Virus record (IMG/VR): IMGVR_UViG_3300042516_005475
Coordinates: 166,048-230,047 of that record
Reading direction: 5' to 3' (one strand)
DNA length: 64,000 nt
This document shows positions 18,243 to 29,337 of this stretch, piece by piece (position 1 is the first letter of the stretch; the number at the start of each line of letters is the position of its first letter). The translations under genes were made by a program, and so were the position numbers. The notes under the pieces are model-generated. The model did no database searches and was not told where the DNA came from. It saw only the letters and a list, made by a program, of their open reading frames with translations.

Positions 18243-19009
18243 TGAAATATTGCTTTACCACCTTAGCTGTAGGAGAACCTTACGAATCTAAAACTAAAGA
18301 GTTCTTTTCAAATTTAATAACTCGTACTAGTAATTGTGATTTTTTTGTTACTACTACTAATACAGAACTATCTCATGAAAGCGATAGAGTTAAAATAAAT
18401 GTTATAAATCCACCATCTTTAAGAACTACTCATGATAGGCTTGGTTTTAACTTTCATTTAAATTTAAAATGTTTATCTCTTAAACATGTATTAAATCACC
18501 AAAAAGAAATGTTAAAACAGGATACTTCCTTTGAAAATTATGATTTTGTTATATTTTGCGACGGAGATTGGTCGATGCATGAGGAATTTTCTGAAGAAAA
18601 AATCCTTTCAATGCTAGAACGTTTAAAAAATGAAGATATTGATTTTCTCTTTGAAAGACCAGCTGGGATAGGGGGAGCAAAAAGTGACCCACAGCAATGT
18701 TTTTTTAGAAATAAATTAGAGGATTATGATGTTTTCTCTCATAACAAGTGGGATGAGGCTCATGTACCTAATGAACAGTTTCTAGTTTTTAAAAATAACA
18801 ACAAGTTTAAGTTTTTTGTACAAAGATGGGAAATGTTCCTTTGGTACTGTATTGCTAATGATATTACTAGTTACCCTGATGGGTTTGAGATTGGTGTTTC
18901 AGCGCACGAGGCTGATATGAAATATGCTTATTACGGTTATTTTAATTACCATTTAACAAACTGTTTTTCTTTTTTAAACAAATACGGAGATAAAAGTATT
19001 AGATTTTAA
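18242..19009 (+). CDS. putative glycosyltransferase
   Basis: FTTLAVGE..Y N-terminus, VIFCDGDW DxD motif, in GT operon. Confidence 0.55.
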   Translation: MKYCFTTLAVGEPYESKTKEFFSNLITRTSNCDFFVTTTNTELSHESDRVKINVINPPSLRTTHDRLGFNFHLNLKCLSLKHVLNHQKEMLKQDTSFENYDFVIFCDGDWSMHEEFSEEKILSMLERLKNEDIDFLFERPAGIGGAKSDPQQCFFRNKLEDYDVFSHNKWDEAHVPNEQFLVFKNNNKFKFFVQRWEMFLWYCIANDITSYPDGFEIGVSAHEADMKYAYYGYFNYHLTNCFSFLNKYGDKSIRF

Positions 19010-19947
19010 AGCCAATTATTTAAATTTAATATACTGTATGTCTTATCTAAAGAAGGTTTTAGAGAAAGATTCTTTTCATAATATTCTCTAGCATTTTTAG
19101 AAATAAAAGCTAATAATCTCTCATTAGATATAACTTCAAAATATTTCTCCATAAATTTATCAGCATGTTCTTTTGTACCTGTTCTATAAAGAGTCATATC
19201 ATGAGGTCTAGGTATAGATATATAATGATAGTTTGGGATTAACGGCTCACTTAAAATAGATTCATATTCATACCTAATTATAGGTACCCCGCACCCAAAA
19301 CATTCTACATCTCTATAACAAAACTCACCCCTACCGTCTATAGAAATAGCGAGTTTGTGAGTAATCAATTGATTAAAATAATCATTAGGGTTAGTAGGAG
19401 CAAAATCAGTTACATAATTTTTATCTAAGTGGGATAAAAATGATCTATCTTGAATAGATGTTCCTTTAAAAAATAAAGTATTGCTCTTTTCTTTAATATA
19501 TTGTCTCTTATAATAAAACATATCTAAATTATCAAAAAGAGACTGAAAATATATCCAAGGTTTATATTTGTAAAAGAATTCCCCTGCATGGGATTTTACC
19601 TTGCTAGGATTAAATTGAGAAAACAATATAGACTTACAAAATGGGTTTTCTTTCTCATTTAAAGAGGCGTGAGAGAAATCATCAGATACTGAAATAACAT
19701 GAAACTCTCCTGTGTCTGCGTTTTCAATTACATACTCACACTCTAACAAGAGAAAGTTGTTTGAAATACTGTTTTTTAATTGCACTTGCCATCTTTCTCT
19801 ATCAGCTCCCTCAAAATATCTATTTTCTTCAACCTCAAAATTTTTTTTTAAAAAATGAGTAAAACTATCCCAGAAAAAATTATAATTTCTAAAATATCTT
19901 GTTTTTTCATTGCAAGGATTATGTACTATAATTTTAGGTTTACCCAT
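19006..19947 (-). CDS. putative GT-B glycosyltransferase
   Basis: LFFKG, KLAISIDGRGEFCYRDVECFGCGVP, LIPNYHYI, IxKNAREYY. Confidence 0.6.
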   Translation of the reverse strand: MGKPKIIVHNPCNEKTRYFRNYNFFWDSFTHFLKKNFEVEENRYFEGADRERWQVQLKNSISNNFLLLECEYVIENADTGEFHVISVSDDFSHASLNEKENPFCKSILFSQFNPSKVKSHAGEFFYKYKPWIYFQSLFDNLDMFYYKRQYIKEKSNTLFFKGTSIQDRSFLSHLDKNYVTDFAPTNPNDYFNQLITHKLAISIDGRGEFCYRDVECFGCGVPIIRYEYESILSEPLIPNYHYISIPRPHDMTLYRTGTKEHADKFMEKYFEVISNERLLAFISKNAREYYEKNLSLKPSLDKTYSILNLNNWL

Positions 19948-20025
19948 AATAATACTGATACTTATATTAAGCCTATATTTTTCAAGCTAAGTTGATTATT
20001 TAAAATAAAGGACTATAATATTCCT

Positions 20026-20865
20026 ATGACCAAGGTAGAACATCAGGAGCTAATTAACAAACTTGCCATGATTGGCTATCATGCTGATGGAGAGGATAAA
20101 GATGCAGTATTCTTAGCCATTGCTGCTTCTTATTCATTACCTTATGAAAAGTTAGATATATTAAAACAGCATGCAGAAGAGGTGGTCAACAATCAAACAC
20201 TCTTGAATGTAGATCTAATTCTTGAAACCATCTAAATTAAAAGTATATCCAGGGTGTAAGATTAAGTTTGATCTAAAACACTCTCCTTACTTAAAGGGTT
20301 TGGGTACAATATTAGAAATTTATACTGGGGTAGGCATACCTTGTATCTATTCTGTTGAGATAGAAGAAGTAGAGGGGCACTACATTTATCAAGCCGGGGA
20401 TAGTATTTTTGTGTTTCAGCACGAAATTGAAAAACTAGTTTATTTTGTTTAACCTTCTTGATTCTTTATTTTCTCTCTATAAAATTATTTTATGAACAAA
20501 TTCGAATACTATTGTTGTTGGCTAGATGTTTTTAATGCTCAATCTCTGCAAGAGTTCCTCGATGAAAAGGGCTCTCAGGGATGGCAAATCGATAGAACTT
20601 TACCAAGTAAAGACCCTAACGATTATAAGACTCTGTTTATATTTAAAAAAGAACTGCGGGAAATAATTGATGTAATTACATGATTAAAGAAGATATTGAA
20701 CAATTAAAGTCTTATAGAGCTATGCTATCTAAGATTAGTGAGGTAGTAGAAGAGTTCTGTGATACAGAAGAAAGTACTACTCTCGATTGTATTTTAGAGA
20801 TGAAGGCTCAGCTTTTCGAGGCAAAGGCTCAGCTTCTCCGCAAAAGAAAAACGATTCAATTCTGA
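20026..20865 (+). other. four small hypothetical ORFs (20026, 20222, 20492, 20680)
   Basis: Closely packed 61-76 aa ORFs after TTGATT/TATAAT promoters. Confidence 0.55.
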
Positions 20866-20930
20866 AGAAAGGCTTGCCGTTCCTGGCAGGAACCTGTATA
20901 CTTTTTGTAGAAAAATTAATAAATAATTGT

Positions 20931-21200
20931 ATGCCTTACAATAACGATTTCAACCGTATTTCTAAGAGCTATACTTCTCTTAAGGAGAACGAGGCTGCAA
21001 TGAAGATGCTGTTTGAGAATTTTGATATTACTGAAGAAGAATTTAAGAATGCTCCTCTTATCTCTACAATTGAAGAAATGAACACGCTGCTAGAAAAGCG
21101 AGGCGATATTTCTTGTAGTGTTTCTATTAACGAGAGCAATGGTAAAGATACATCAGTTGTTACTTTGAAGTACTTGGCACAAGGAGAAGATATTGTATGA
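20931..21200 (+). CDS. hypothetical late protein
   Basis: Start moved to ATG 20931 (TAAATA 20920-20925, 5 nt upstream). Confidence 0.55.
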   Translation: MPYNNDFNRISKSYTSLKENEAAMKMLFENFDITEEEFKNAPLISTIEEMNTLLEKRGDISCSVSINESNGKDTSVVTLKYLAQGEDIV

Positions 21201-21640
21201 GTATTATTTTAGAGGCAGTTAAAGAGAGTATCTCCTTTAATTATAACAAAGGGGATAGAATCACGGTAACTAGTGCTTTCTTAAAAGACAAACGAAAACT
21301 AGATCCAAAGATTAGAGCTGATTTGCAGAGACTACTTCGTACCTGGCAGCGCAGAGGGGGAGTAGATTTTCCTATTTTCGAATTTAAGAACCGTAGAAAG
21401 TTTCCAATGGACTTTGGAGATAGCAGAGGAATAGTTAAATCTTGTATGCCTCAATATGGCATTGAATTGCGTAAGAGAGTACCTCCAGTACATCTTAACG
21501 TGTTTATTACTGAAACTAATCCTATCTTTGGTAACCCAAAGACTCCTAACCCCAAGGGTAAGCTATTCATTTTTGACCGAATTTTCGATAATTACGACAA
21601 ATATAGGAATTATATCTCAGAAAAATACGAAGGCTGCTAA
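21197..21640 (+). CDS. hypothetical protein
   Basis: 147 aa, ATGA-coupled to the upstream gene. Confidence 0.6.
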   Translation: MSIILEAVKESISFNYNKGDRITVTSAFLKDKRKLDPKIRADLQRLLRTWQRRGGVDFPIFEFKNRRKFPMDFGDSRGIVKSCMPQYGIELRKRVPPVHLNVFITETNPIFGNPKTPNPKGKLFIFDRIFDNYDKYRNYISEKYEGC

Positions 21641-21697
21641 CTTTTCCTGTTGCAGTTCCTGTCCGAGGCATCTATACTGAATACAGAAAATAAAATT

Positions 21698-22033
21698 ATG
21701 AACAACGACGAAGTTATTATCCACGGTGAGTGCATGGTGTTTAAGAGCTCCATCCCTCAGAAGGCTAAGAAGATGAAGACTGCTGCTCAGCCTTATGTTA
21801 TTGTGGCACCTAGCGAGACTACTGGTAACCACCACGTGGTCGACCTCAAGCCTGGTGTCGCATTCTACGAGTACGAAGACGTTCTCTTCATGGAGAACGA
21901 AGTCGAGACTACTATTCGCTGCGTGGTTGCTGATCGCCACGACGAGATTACTCTTTCTCCTGGTGTCTATGAGTTCGGCTCTCAGCAGGAGTATGACCCG
22001 TTCACTGCTCGCCTTCAGAAGGTCCGCGACTAA
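21698..22033 (+). CDS. small His-rich beta protein of the type found beside DUF6745
   Basis: IIHGE, SETTGNHHVV, HDEITLSPGVYE..QQEYDP; start moved to ATG 21698. Confidence 0.7.
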   Translation: MNNDEVIIHGECMVFKSSIPQKAKKMKTAAQPYVIVAPSETTGNHHVVDLKPGVAFYEYEDVLFMENEVETTIRCVVADRHDEITLSPGVYEFGSQQEYDPFTARLQKVRD

Positions 22034-22107
22034 GCAGAATTTAGTTGCAGTTCCTCTGAAATTCGCATACACTAAAACCGTAAATTAGATACACCTACAC
22101 AAACGAT

Positions 22108-22980
22108 ATGAAGATTGAAAAGCTGACGAAGAAGCAAGAGAAGGAACTCGAAGCCTTTTATAAGGAGTGTCTCGAGATTGGACGTTCTTGCGAACCTATT
22201 AATCACGAGATTGCTGAGGGTATTATCTCTGGCTTCTATAAGCGGCTCGATATGCAGGCTCCTAAGTTCGTTTACTTCCCGAGCCCTCATGCAATCCTCA
22301 AGAGCGATTCGTCTATCGACTTGAACATGTACTTTGGTGGCCAGCAATGGATTCACTGGAAGGCCTTGTACAAGTTCGCTGAGCGTATCGGTGTTGAGTT
22401 CTCTAAGGAAGACAGTCAGTTGCTTGACGAGTGGTTCAATGAGTCTAAGCATTTGCATTGGTGGTTCCCGTTTACTGATGTTTGCTACATTAGCGAGCGA
22501 CCTATTCGGTTGACTGTTAACGAGGCTGGTGCCTTGCATAACGAGAAGTTCAAGGCGATTGAGTATGCTGACGGTTGGGGTATGTATTACCTCAATGGTA
22601 TCAAGGTGCCGGAGTACCTGGTTGTTACTCCGAGCGAGGATCTTAGCATTGACTTCTTTTTGAAGGAGAAGAATGCTGATGTTAAGGCTGAGTTCGTTCG
22701 TAAGTTTGGTGTTGAGCGAATGCTCGACATGGGTAAGAAGGTTGATACTTACGAGAAGTACAAGCAGAAGGATTATCCTTACTGGCATGAGAGTCAGTAC
22801 GAGCTGTGGGATATGGCTAAGTTGTTCGAGGGTCTCGACTATCAGCCGTATGTTAAGATGGTTAATCAGACTACTGGCATCTGGCATGTTGAGGCAGTTA
22901 GTCCTAGTTGCCGTAACCTTAAGGATGCAATTAAGGAGCGGTTCGGAGGCAAAGAGATGAAGATCATCGCGATCAAGTAA
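22108..22980 (+). CDS. DUF6745-like protein
   Basis: WWFPF..VCYISERP, LHNE..KAIEYADGWG.YYLNGI.VP, NA.V..E.VRK.G.ER. Confidence 0.75.
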   Translation: MKIEKLTKKQEKELEAFYKECLEIGRSCEPINHEIAEGIISGFYKRLDMQAPKFVYFPSPHAILKSDSSIDLNMYFGGQQWIHWKALYKFAERIGVEFSKEDSQLLDEWFNESKHLHWWFPFTDVCYISERPIRLTVNEAGALHNEKFKAIEYADGWGMYYLNGIKVPEYLVVTPSEDLSIDFFLKEKNADVKAEFVRKFGVERMLDMGKKVDTYEKYKQKDYPYWHESQYELWDMAKLFEGLDYQPYVKMVNQTTGIWHVEAVSPSCRNLKDAIKERFGGKEMKIIAIK

Positions 22981-22985
22981 GTTCG

Positions 22986-23014
22986 AACCCTCGGTTAACA
23001 GCCGAGGGTTTTTT
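22986..23014 (+). terminator. intrinsic terminator
   Basis: AACCCTCGGT-TAACA-GCCGAGGGTT then TTTT. Confidence 0.85.
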
Positions 23015-23434
23015 GTATGAAAGACTTAAAGATTACAAAGGCTCTAAAGTACCAATCAGCTACACTCAGAGGAGATCTTGATATTGTGCTGTTTAGACAA
23101 TTACCTGATAATTTTGCTAATCATTTGTTAGATAGGTTATCTCACAGATTACTAGATAACACACCTAGGTATGGGTATCATGAGCTGATGGAAGAACAAA
23201 ATCGTATTAAAAATGAATCAAGAGCTATACCAACAGACAATTGACTTCAGAGAAAAGACTTCCAAAAGGGTTGGTAAACAACTCTCAAGAAAGGCTTATA
23301 GGGTACTTGACGAGGTTTTGTGGGGAAATCTCTATGAAACACTCTTTTGGGGACTAGACAAAGAAATTAGAGTAAGTTTGAGGAAGGAAAAAGCTTGAGG
23401 TTCCTGTGAGGTGCCTATAGACTACTTGTAACAA

Positions 23435-24574
23435 ATGAAGATTACCTACGACACGCTTTATTCTGCCGACAGTAAGAACAACATTCGCATTTGGCGAATG
23501 GAACAGGATGGTGCGCAGTACCACACTACTTCAGGCTTGGAAGATGGTAAGCAGGTCACTACAGAGTGGTCTACTGCTGAGCCTAAGAACACTGGCAAGG
23601 CTAACGCTACTACTGCTACTCAGCAGGCCACTCTAGAGATTGAATCTCAATACGCTAAGAAGCTCAAGAGCGGTTATTTCCGAAGCAAGAATGATGTCAA
23701 TAAGATTACCTTTATTGAGCCTATGCTTGCTCAACCACTACATAAGCTCGCTAAGCAGCCTGACTTTGCGAATGAGAAGTGGGGCTTGCAATGTAAGTTC
23801 AACGGTAATCGATGCATTGCTACTAAGAATGGATTGTTCTCTCGTACTGGAGAGAAGTACTATAGTGTCCCACACATCGAGGGAGCTCTTAAGAGTTTCT
23901 TTGAGGTATGTCCAGCAGCTGTGCTAGATGGAGAATTGTTTAACAATCATCTCCGTACTCAGCTTAACGAGATCAACAAGCTTATTCGTAAGTCTAAGCA
24001 TATTAGCCAAGAAGACTTTGCTAAGAGTGAAGAGCTTGTTAAGTTCTACATCTATGATGGATACAATTTCTGTGGTTATAATGAGCTTTCTGCCTATCAT
24101 CTTCGCAAGAAGGCAATTGATAACTTCTTGCTCACTTGTAAGCTCAAGTGTTTGGCTAGTGTAGAGACTATTGCTATCAATTCTACTGATCAGATGAAAG
24201 AAGAGTTTAATAGACTCTTGGCTGATCAACAAGAGGGCGCTATTTTGCGTTGGATGGATGCTCCTTACGAGCACAAGCGCTCTAAGTACCTTGTTAAGGT
24301 CAAGGTTGATGATGATAGCGAGGCTACTATTGTCGACATTACTGATGGAGATGGTAACTGGAAGGGTGCTGCTACTAATGTTACATTGAACTGGAAGGGT
24401 AAGGTGTTTGATGGTGTGTTCAAGGGCAAGTATGAGAAGCGAGCTGATATCCTCAAGGATAAGAAGAATTGGATTGGCAAGGAGGTTACCTTTCTCTACA
24501 TGGGTCTCACCGGACTCGGCACCCCGAATTTCGCCCGAGTCGACCCTGACAACTGCTTCAAAAATGACCGCTGA
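23435..24574 (+). CDS. ATP-dependent DNA ligase
   Basis: IEPMLAQ, KFNGNRC (KxDG-type motif I), LDGELF, EGAILR, KRSKYLVKVK, C-terminal OB fold. Confidence 0.88.
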   Translation: MKITYDTLYSADSKNNIRIWRMEQDGAQYHTTSGLEDGKQVTTEWSTAEPKNTGKANATTATQQATLEIESQYAKKLKSGYFRSKNDVNKITFIEPMLAQPLHKLAKQPDFANEKWGLQCKFNGNRCIATKNGLFSRTGEKYYSVPHIEGALKSFFEVCPAAVLDGELFNNHLRTQLNEINKLIRKSKHISQEDFAKSEELVKFYIYDGYNFCGYNELSAYHLRKKAIDNFLLTCKLKCLASVETIAINSTDQMKEEFNRLLADQQEGAILRWMDAPYEHKRSKYLVKVKVDDDSEATIVDITDGDGNWKGAATNVTLNWKGKVFDGVFKGKYEKRADILKDKKNWIGKEVTFLYMGLTGLGTPNFARVDPDNCFKNDR

Positions 24575-25705
24575 TGCGGTTCCTGCTGGAGGTTCCTGCC
24601 GGGAGACTGTATCATCTTTGTAATGAATGAGAATTTCGTCACTGTCGCAGATGTAATCGATTTCTTCAAAACGATTCCTCCTGATGCGAAGATTCGTGTT
24701 AAACAGGAATGCTCCCGTGGTTATGAAACGTATACAAAGTATGTTAATGCTGTTAAGTATACCACCTTCATTGACGGCATCGATTACTCTGAAAGAAATA
24801 ACTCTGTTGATTTTGGCATTTAATTAATATGATTACTCATTTTACTAATAAAGCCTGGTTGGTTACTTGGGAGTTTTTAGGGCCTCGTATGGGTTGTGTA
24901 AGCTATGGTATTCATGGCATTTACAACAAAGAGAATCTCGCTAAGGAGGCTGCGGAACTTCTTAAAAAGAACCACAATTGGCGAGAGCCTAATACTTTTG
25001 CCATAAAGGTGAAAGAGGTTAGTCTCGATGGAACTCACGAACTGTTTAACTACGTATATTAACATGAAAGTTTACGCTATTCTTGAACACGATGATGAAT
25101 ACGAAGTAGCTATTAGCAAGATCTTTAGCAATCGCAAAAAAGCTCGTAAGTATGTATTTGAAAAATACTATGCTAACTGCGATGCTTCAGATGCTAAAGT
25201 TATTAAAGATATTGATTATTGGATTGATGTTGTAAATGTTGAATAATATGAATAAAGAAAAACTGAAACTTACAAGTGAACAAGGACAAGCTATCATTTA
25301 TGGAAGGGATAGTAATTTCGTTACTACCCATAAAAAGATAGTTGGAAAGAGGAGATGGGTTCTTGTATATGAAATTGTAGTGCAACGTAAATCTGACGGC
25401 AAATACTTCAAAGATGTCTACGATATTGGAGCAACAGAAAATGAGGAACAAGCCCCATACGAATTCTCTGAGCCTAATTTCATAGAGGTAGAACCGGTAG
25501 AAACAACTATTATTGAATACATTTAACATGACTGATCAAGACTATAAGGTTATTAGCGCAATGCGTACTTACGGAGGCTCTTTTGTGCAGTCCTTGGGTA
25601 TTTGCGCGCTTCATGCAGATGCTAGTAACCTCGCCAAGATCAAGGCTACCTGGCCTGATTACTGGCAGGAGTATGTTGTGATGGCTGAACAAGACGAGAA
25701 GAGAG

Positions 25706-26110
25706 GTGTTCATGATAGCTAAGTTTAGAGTCTGGGATGAGAAGTATAACTGTTGGAGCAAAGAGTCTCTCTTGCTCTATCCTGGTGAAGAGGTAATCAG
25801 GCAAGGCCGAGTTATCCAATGGTATACTGGTAAAGATGATAAGACTGGTAAAGAGATTTACCAAGGTGATATTATTCAAGGTCAATTTGATTTCGGACCG
25901 GCAGGGTTTATGGAGCATTTGTCAGTTGTTAAATGGGATAACGATGATGGTTATCAATGGAGCTATTGGGCTATGTCTACTGTGGAGGTTGTTGGTAACA
26001 TCTTTGAGCTGCCTTGTAGCAAGCCTAAAGCATTCGATCACAACGGAGAATGTTTGACTTGCGATGCCTGGGCGACCGACTGCCCCTTCATCGGCTGTAA
26101 AGTAAAGTAA
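25706..26110 (+). CDS. YopX-family protein
   Basis: KFRVWD, QWYTG.DDK.GKEIYQGDII, EVVGNIFE. Confidence 0.85.
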   Translation: MFMIAKFRVWDEKYNCWSKESLLLYPGEEVIRQGRVIQWYTGKDDKTGKEIYQGDIIQGQFDFGPAGFMEHLSVVKWDNDDGYQWSYWAMSTVEVVGNIFELPCSKPKAFDHNGECLTCDAWATDCPFIGCKVK

Positions 26111-26578
26111 CTTTTGGCGGTTCCTGCTTGAGGATCCGGGCAGGAACCGCCATAATGATTGCAGAAAATAAGATCTGACATGAAATACAAATACAACAAA
26201 GAAAATCTGGTTAAGGCCTTCAAGAATCTCGCTGAATGGGCTGAGAATCTCGATGCTAAGACTGACAAGGATGTGATTGGAACTGCCTGGGTCCAGTTGG
26301 AAAGTCTCACTACCGAGATCCAAGATAATCACGATGACATCTTTGGTACTGAGGGTTACGAAGCAACCATTCTCGGTAAAGACTAAGAAATATGAAACTG
26401 ATTGATGTTGATAACGCCGAGGTTGAAGTGGAAGATAGTTGGCAAGATGAATGTCCCCAATGTGGTGACACGAATGTGGAATGTTTCTATGTGCCAAACT
26501 GGGCTGCAACTCGTTGTTATGACTGCCTGGTTAACGAAGCGATAAAGTTTAATTACAAAATTCAAGATAACTAAAAAT

Positions 26579-26953
26579 ATGGCTACTCGATCATACATTG
26601 GACGGCTTAAGAACGAAACTGTCAAGTACATCTATTGTCACTTTGACGGCTACCCTCGGCACAATGGTAAGTTGCTGTTGCAAAACTACACTGACCCTGC
26701 TGATGTTGATGAACTCATTGAACTTGGTGATATGAGTGGTCTCAATGAGAATATTGAGATGTGTAATTATTATGGCCGTGACAGGAAAGAGAAGGGTTAT
26801 GTCTATAGGACTGCACAGAGTCTCAGCGAGTTCGAGAAAGAGCTTGAACATGTTAATTATCTTTATTACTTTAGTGAAGGTAATTGGTATGTGATGGGTG
26901 GAGAGTATAAGAGCTGGGCTATGGTTACCCCTCGAGTCTGCTGCTGCGATTAA
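26579..26953 (+). CDS. hypothetical phage protein
   Basis: MATRSYIG...YIYCHFDGYP...G..LL..Y. Confidence 0.7.
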   Translation: MATRSYIGRLKNETVKYIYCHFDGYPRHNGKLLLQNYTDPADVDELIELGDMSGLNENIEMCNYYGRDRKEKGYVYRTAQSLSEFEKELEHVNYLYYFSEGNWYVMGGEYKSWAMVTPRVCCCD

Positions 26954-28815
26954 TATGATTGTTAGGGTTAACTGAAACGGAACCAAACGATAATAACATA
27001 TACCCACGATGGAAGAACAACCACTCAACCCTTACGATTATTCAAACGAATATTTGAATCAATATGGAATTACTGACGTAGATGGTTTCAGGAAGTCTCA
27101 AAAAAGAAATCAAGTTATCTATGAAAAAGTGTTTCTAACGGCTTACCAAAATTTGACGGGCTCAGCAGCGGGCCTGGGTGAGATTCTCCAACTCCCTGCT
27201 GGAGGTTCCCCTGAGGAACCTTCATAATGATTGCAGAAAATAAGATATGAAAGATTTACAAGATAAGAGAGGGTGGATGATATGACTAACAAAGATCGAT
27301 TGCGTCTGATTAATGCTATTACTACTATACAAGGTACTTGTAGTGCAAAACACTTTGTTAGTACAGTTGCAGATTGTCGTTGGATTATCAATATCCTTTC
27401 AAACACCGAGCTAAGCAGCGAGTCTGTAAAAATTGAACTCGACTTGTTTAAAAAGTTGGCCCCTGAATTCGCTGAAATTTCTGCTTGAGGTTCCTGGCAG
27501 GAACCGCCATAATGATTGCAGAAAATAAGATATGACTAACGATCAAGTTCCCTTTGTGCCTACTCGCGACGATCTCATTGGTTACATCAGCGACACCTAC
27601 AAGGAGATCAACGGCTTTCGCCCTCACCCTATCTGGTCTGAGATCTCTTACGAGCAGCTGGACAAGTGGGGTCGTGAGCTGGCTACTGAGGTTGATACGC
27701 ATCGCAAGAGCGAAGTGAAGCGCGAGCGCATTGCTCGTAACCTTCGCCGGGCTCAGCAGAAGGCCTGGGATGAGAAGAAGCGCTCTTATTTCACCCCGGT
27801 CAACTTCACTATTGGTCAACTCGTCTCCGCTATCTAATGAAAACTATGAAGACTCCTAAAACTAAGATTGACAAGGCTGCTAAGAAGTATGATTACGTAG
27901 TTATTGGTCGCTTTGATCACGACGACCGCGGTATGGGTGATATGAGCTACAGAAAAGCTATTTTGTATACCGCTGACGAACTCAACGAGGTTATTAAAAA
28001 AAGTGGACATTCTTGGATTGTGAAAGTGTATAAGGTTGGAGAAGAGTTTAATATCTCGTTCAAAGTCGAAAAAGCTAATTAATATGAAGACCCCTACTAT
28101 CAAATACGTTGACGGCATTCGCCAATATTTTGTTGAGGCTCCTTTGGTTGACAAGTATGGTAGCATTACTGCTGCTCGTACGGACAAAGACACTGCTCAA
28201 GCCTTGCTGCTAGAGAACGAAGCAATTACTAAGGGAGGTCACATTTATTATTTCGCCTTGAAGCACATTGGTCTCAATGTTTACTCTGTTAAGCTTCGCC
28301 CTAAGGGTTCGATTGACACTTACATTGTCGAAAGCTTTGAGAAACATCTTATCAACGAAGGACCTGAAGGAGGTCTCCCCACTGCTCGGTATTAATTAAA
28401 CTAAAGCCTCTTGGAAATATGAAATTGAAAACAGGAAAGTATATGCTCCTAGGCAACCCAAACTCTCTATTTGGCCCAGACATCCGATATGCTGATACTC
28501 TCAAGGGACTAAAGCTCAAGGCCTGGGAGAAGGATGAGATAAAGCGAGGTACGAATGCTTTGTTTGTTGCTCGGGATACTAAGATTGTTAGGGTTAACTG
28601 CAACGGAACCAAACGATAATAATAACATATGAAAGAAACTGTTACAATTAGCAAAGAAGAATACGAAAGCCTCTTGGAGGACAGTAACAAGCTCTTGGCA
28701 CTTGAGGGTGCTGGAGTTGATAACTGGGAGGGTTATGATGAAGCTATGGAAATGATGAGAGAAATGAATGAGGAAGATAGTAGCAATTAAAAAATCTTAA
28801 GTTATAATCTCTCTT

Positions 28816-29337
28816 ATGAGCGAACAAACTTATATGAAGCTCGGTGATAAGGTTAAGAGGCCTACTCTTAGCGCTAATAATATTAACCGCTCTAACAAGT
28901 CATTTGTTAGGATGGTTGACAGCTATCAGAAATGGAATGAGTCTATCACTGCTGATGAGCCTCGCGAGACCTATGAGAAGGACATCTTTGAGTGTCTCTT
29001 TGAACCTGACTTGGATGGTTATAATTTGGCAGAGCATCTGAAGAGTAAGGTTTATCTTGAGCCTGATGCCTCGCTTGTAGAGATTTTGGATGATATGATC
29101 TTCGTCAAGAGGGCTCTAGAAGATGATTTGATTGCTCAATGGGTAGAGGAGAACTTTTTGACTGTCCCCGAAGATGTTATCGGTAAGAAGGTTAATGGTA
29201 AGGCTGGGTTTAAGACGCTAAACGGATACTATATTACTGCTATTCATCAGAAGAGGTATCAAGTTGTTATTAGTGAATCAACAGAGAAGAAGAACAATGG
29301 CTACTTCGTAAATTACGAGACACTTGTATTTGTATGA
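28816..29337 (+). CDS. hypothetical protein
   Basis: 173 aa ORF 7 nt after TATAAT. Confidence 0.6.
   Translation: MSEQTYMKLGDKVKRPTLSANNINRSNKSFVRMVDSYQKWNESITADEPRETYEKDIFECLFEPDLDGYNLAEHLKSKVYLEPDASLVEILDDMIFVKRALEDDLIAQWVEENFLTVPEDVIGKKVNGKAGFKTLNGYYITAIHQKRYQVVISESTEKKNNGYFVNYETLVFV

Larger units (their letters stand above)
24623..28619 (+). other. early region of ~15 small hypothetical ORFs with repeated promoters
   Basis: Co-oriented 60-125 aa ORFs; promoters at 24587, 26128, 27200, 27485. Confidence 0.6.

Noticed and set aside
26128-27535. CRISPR-like repeats CATAATGATTGCAGAAAATAAGAT
   Set aside because: Irregular spacing of hundreds of bp with genes between; explained as promoter/leader copies
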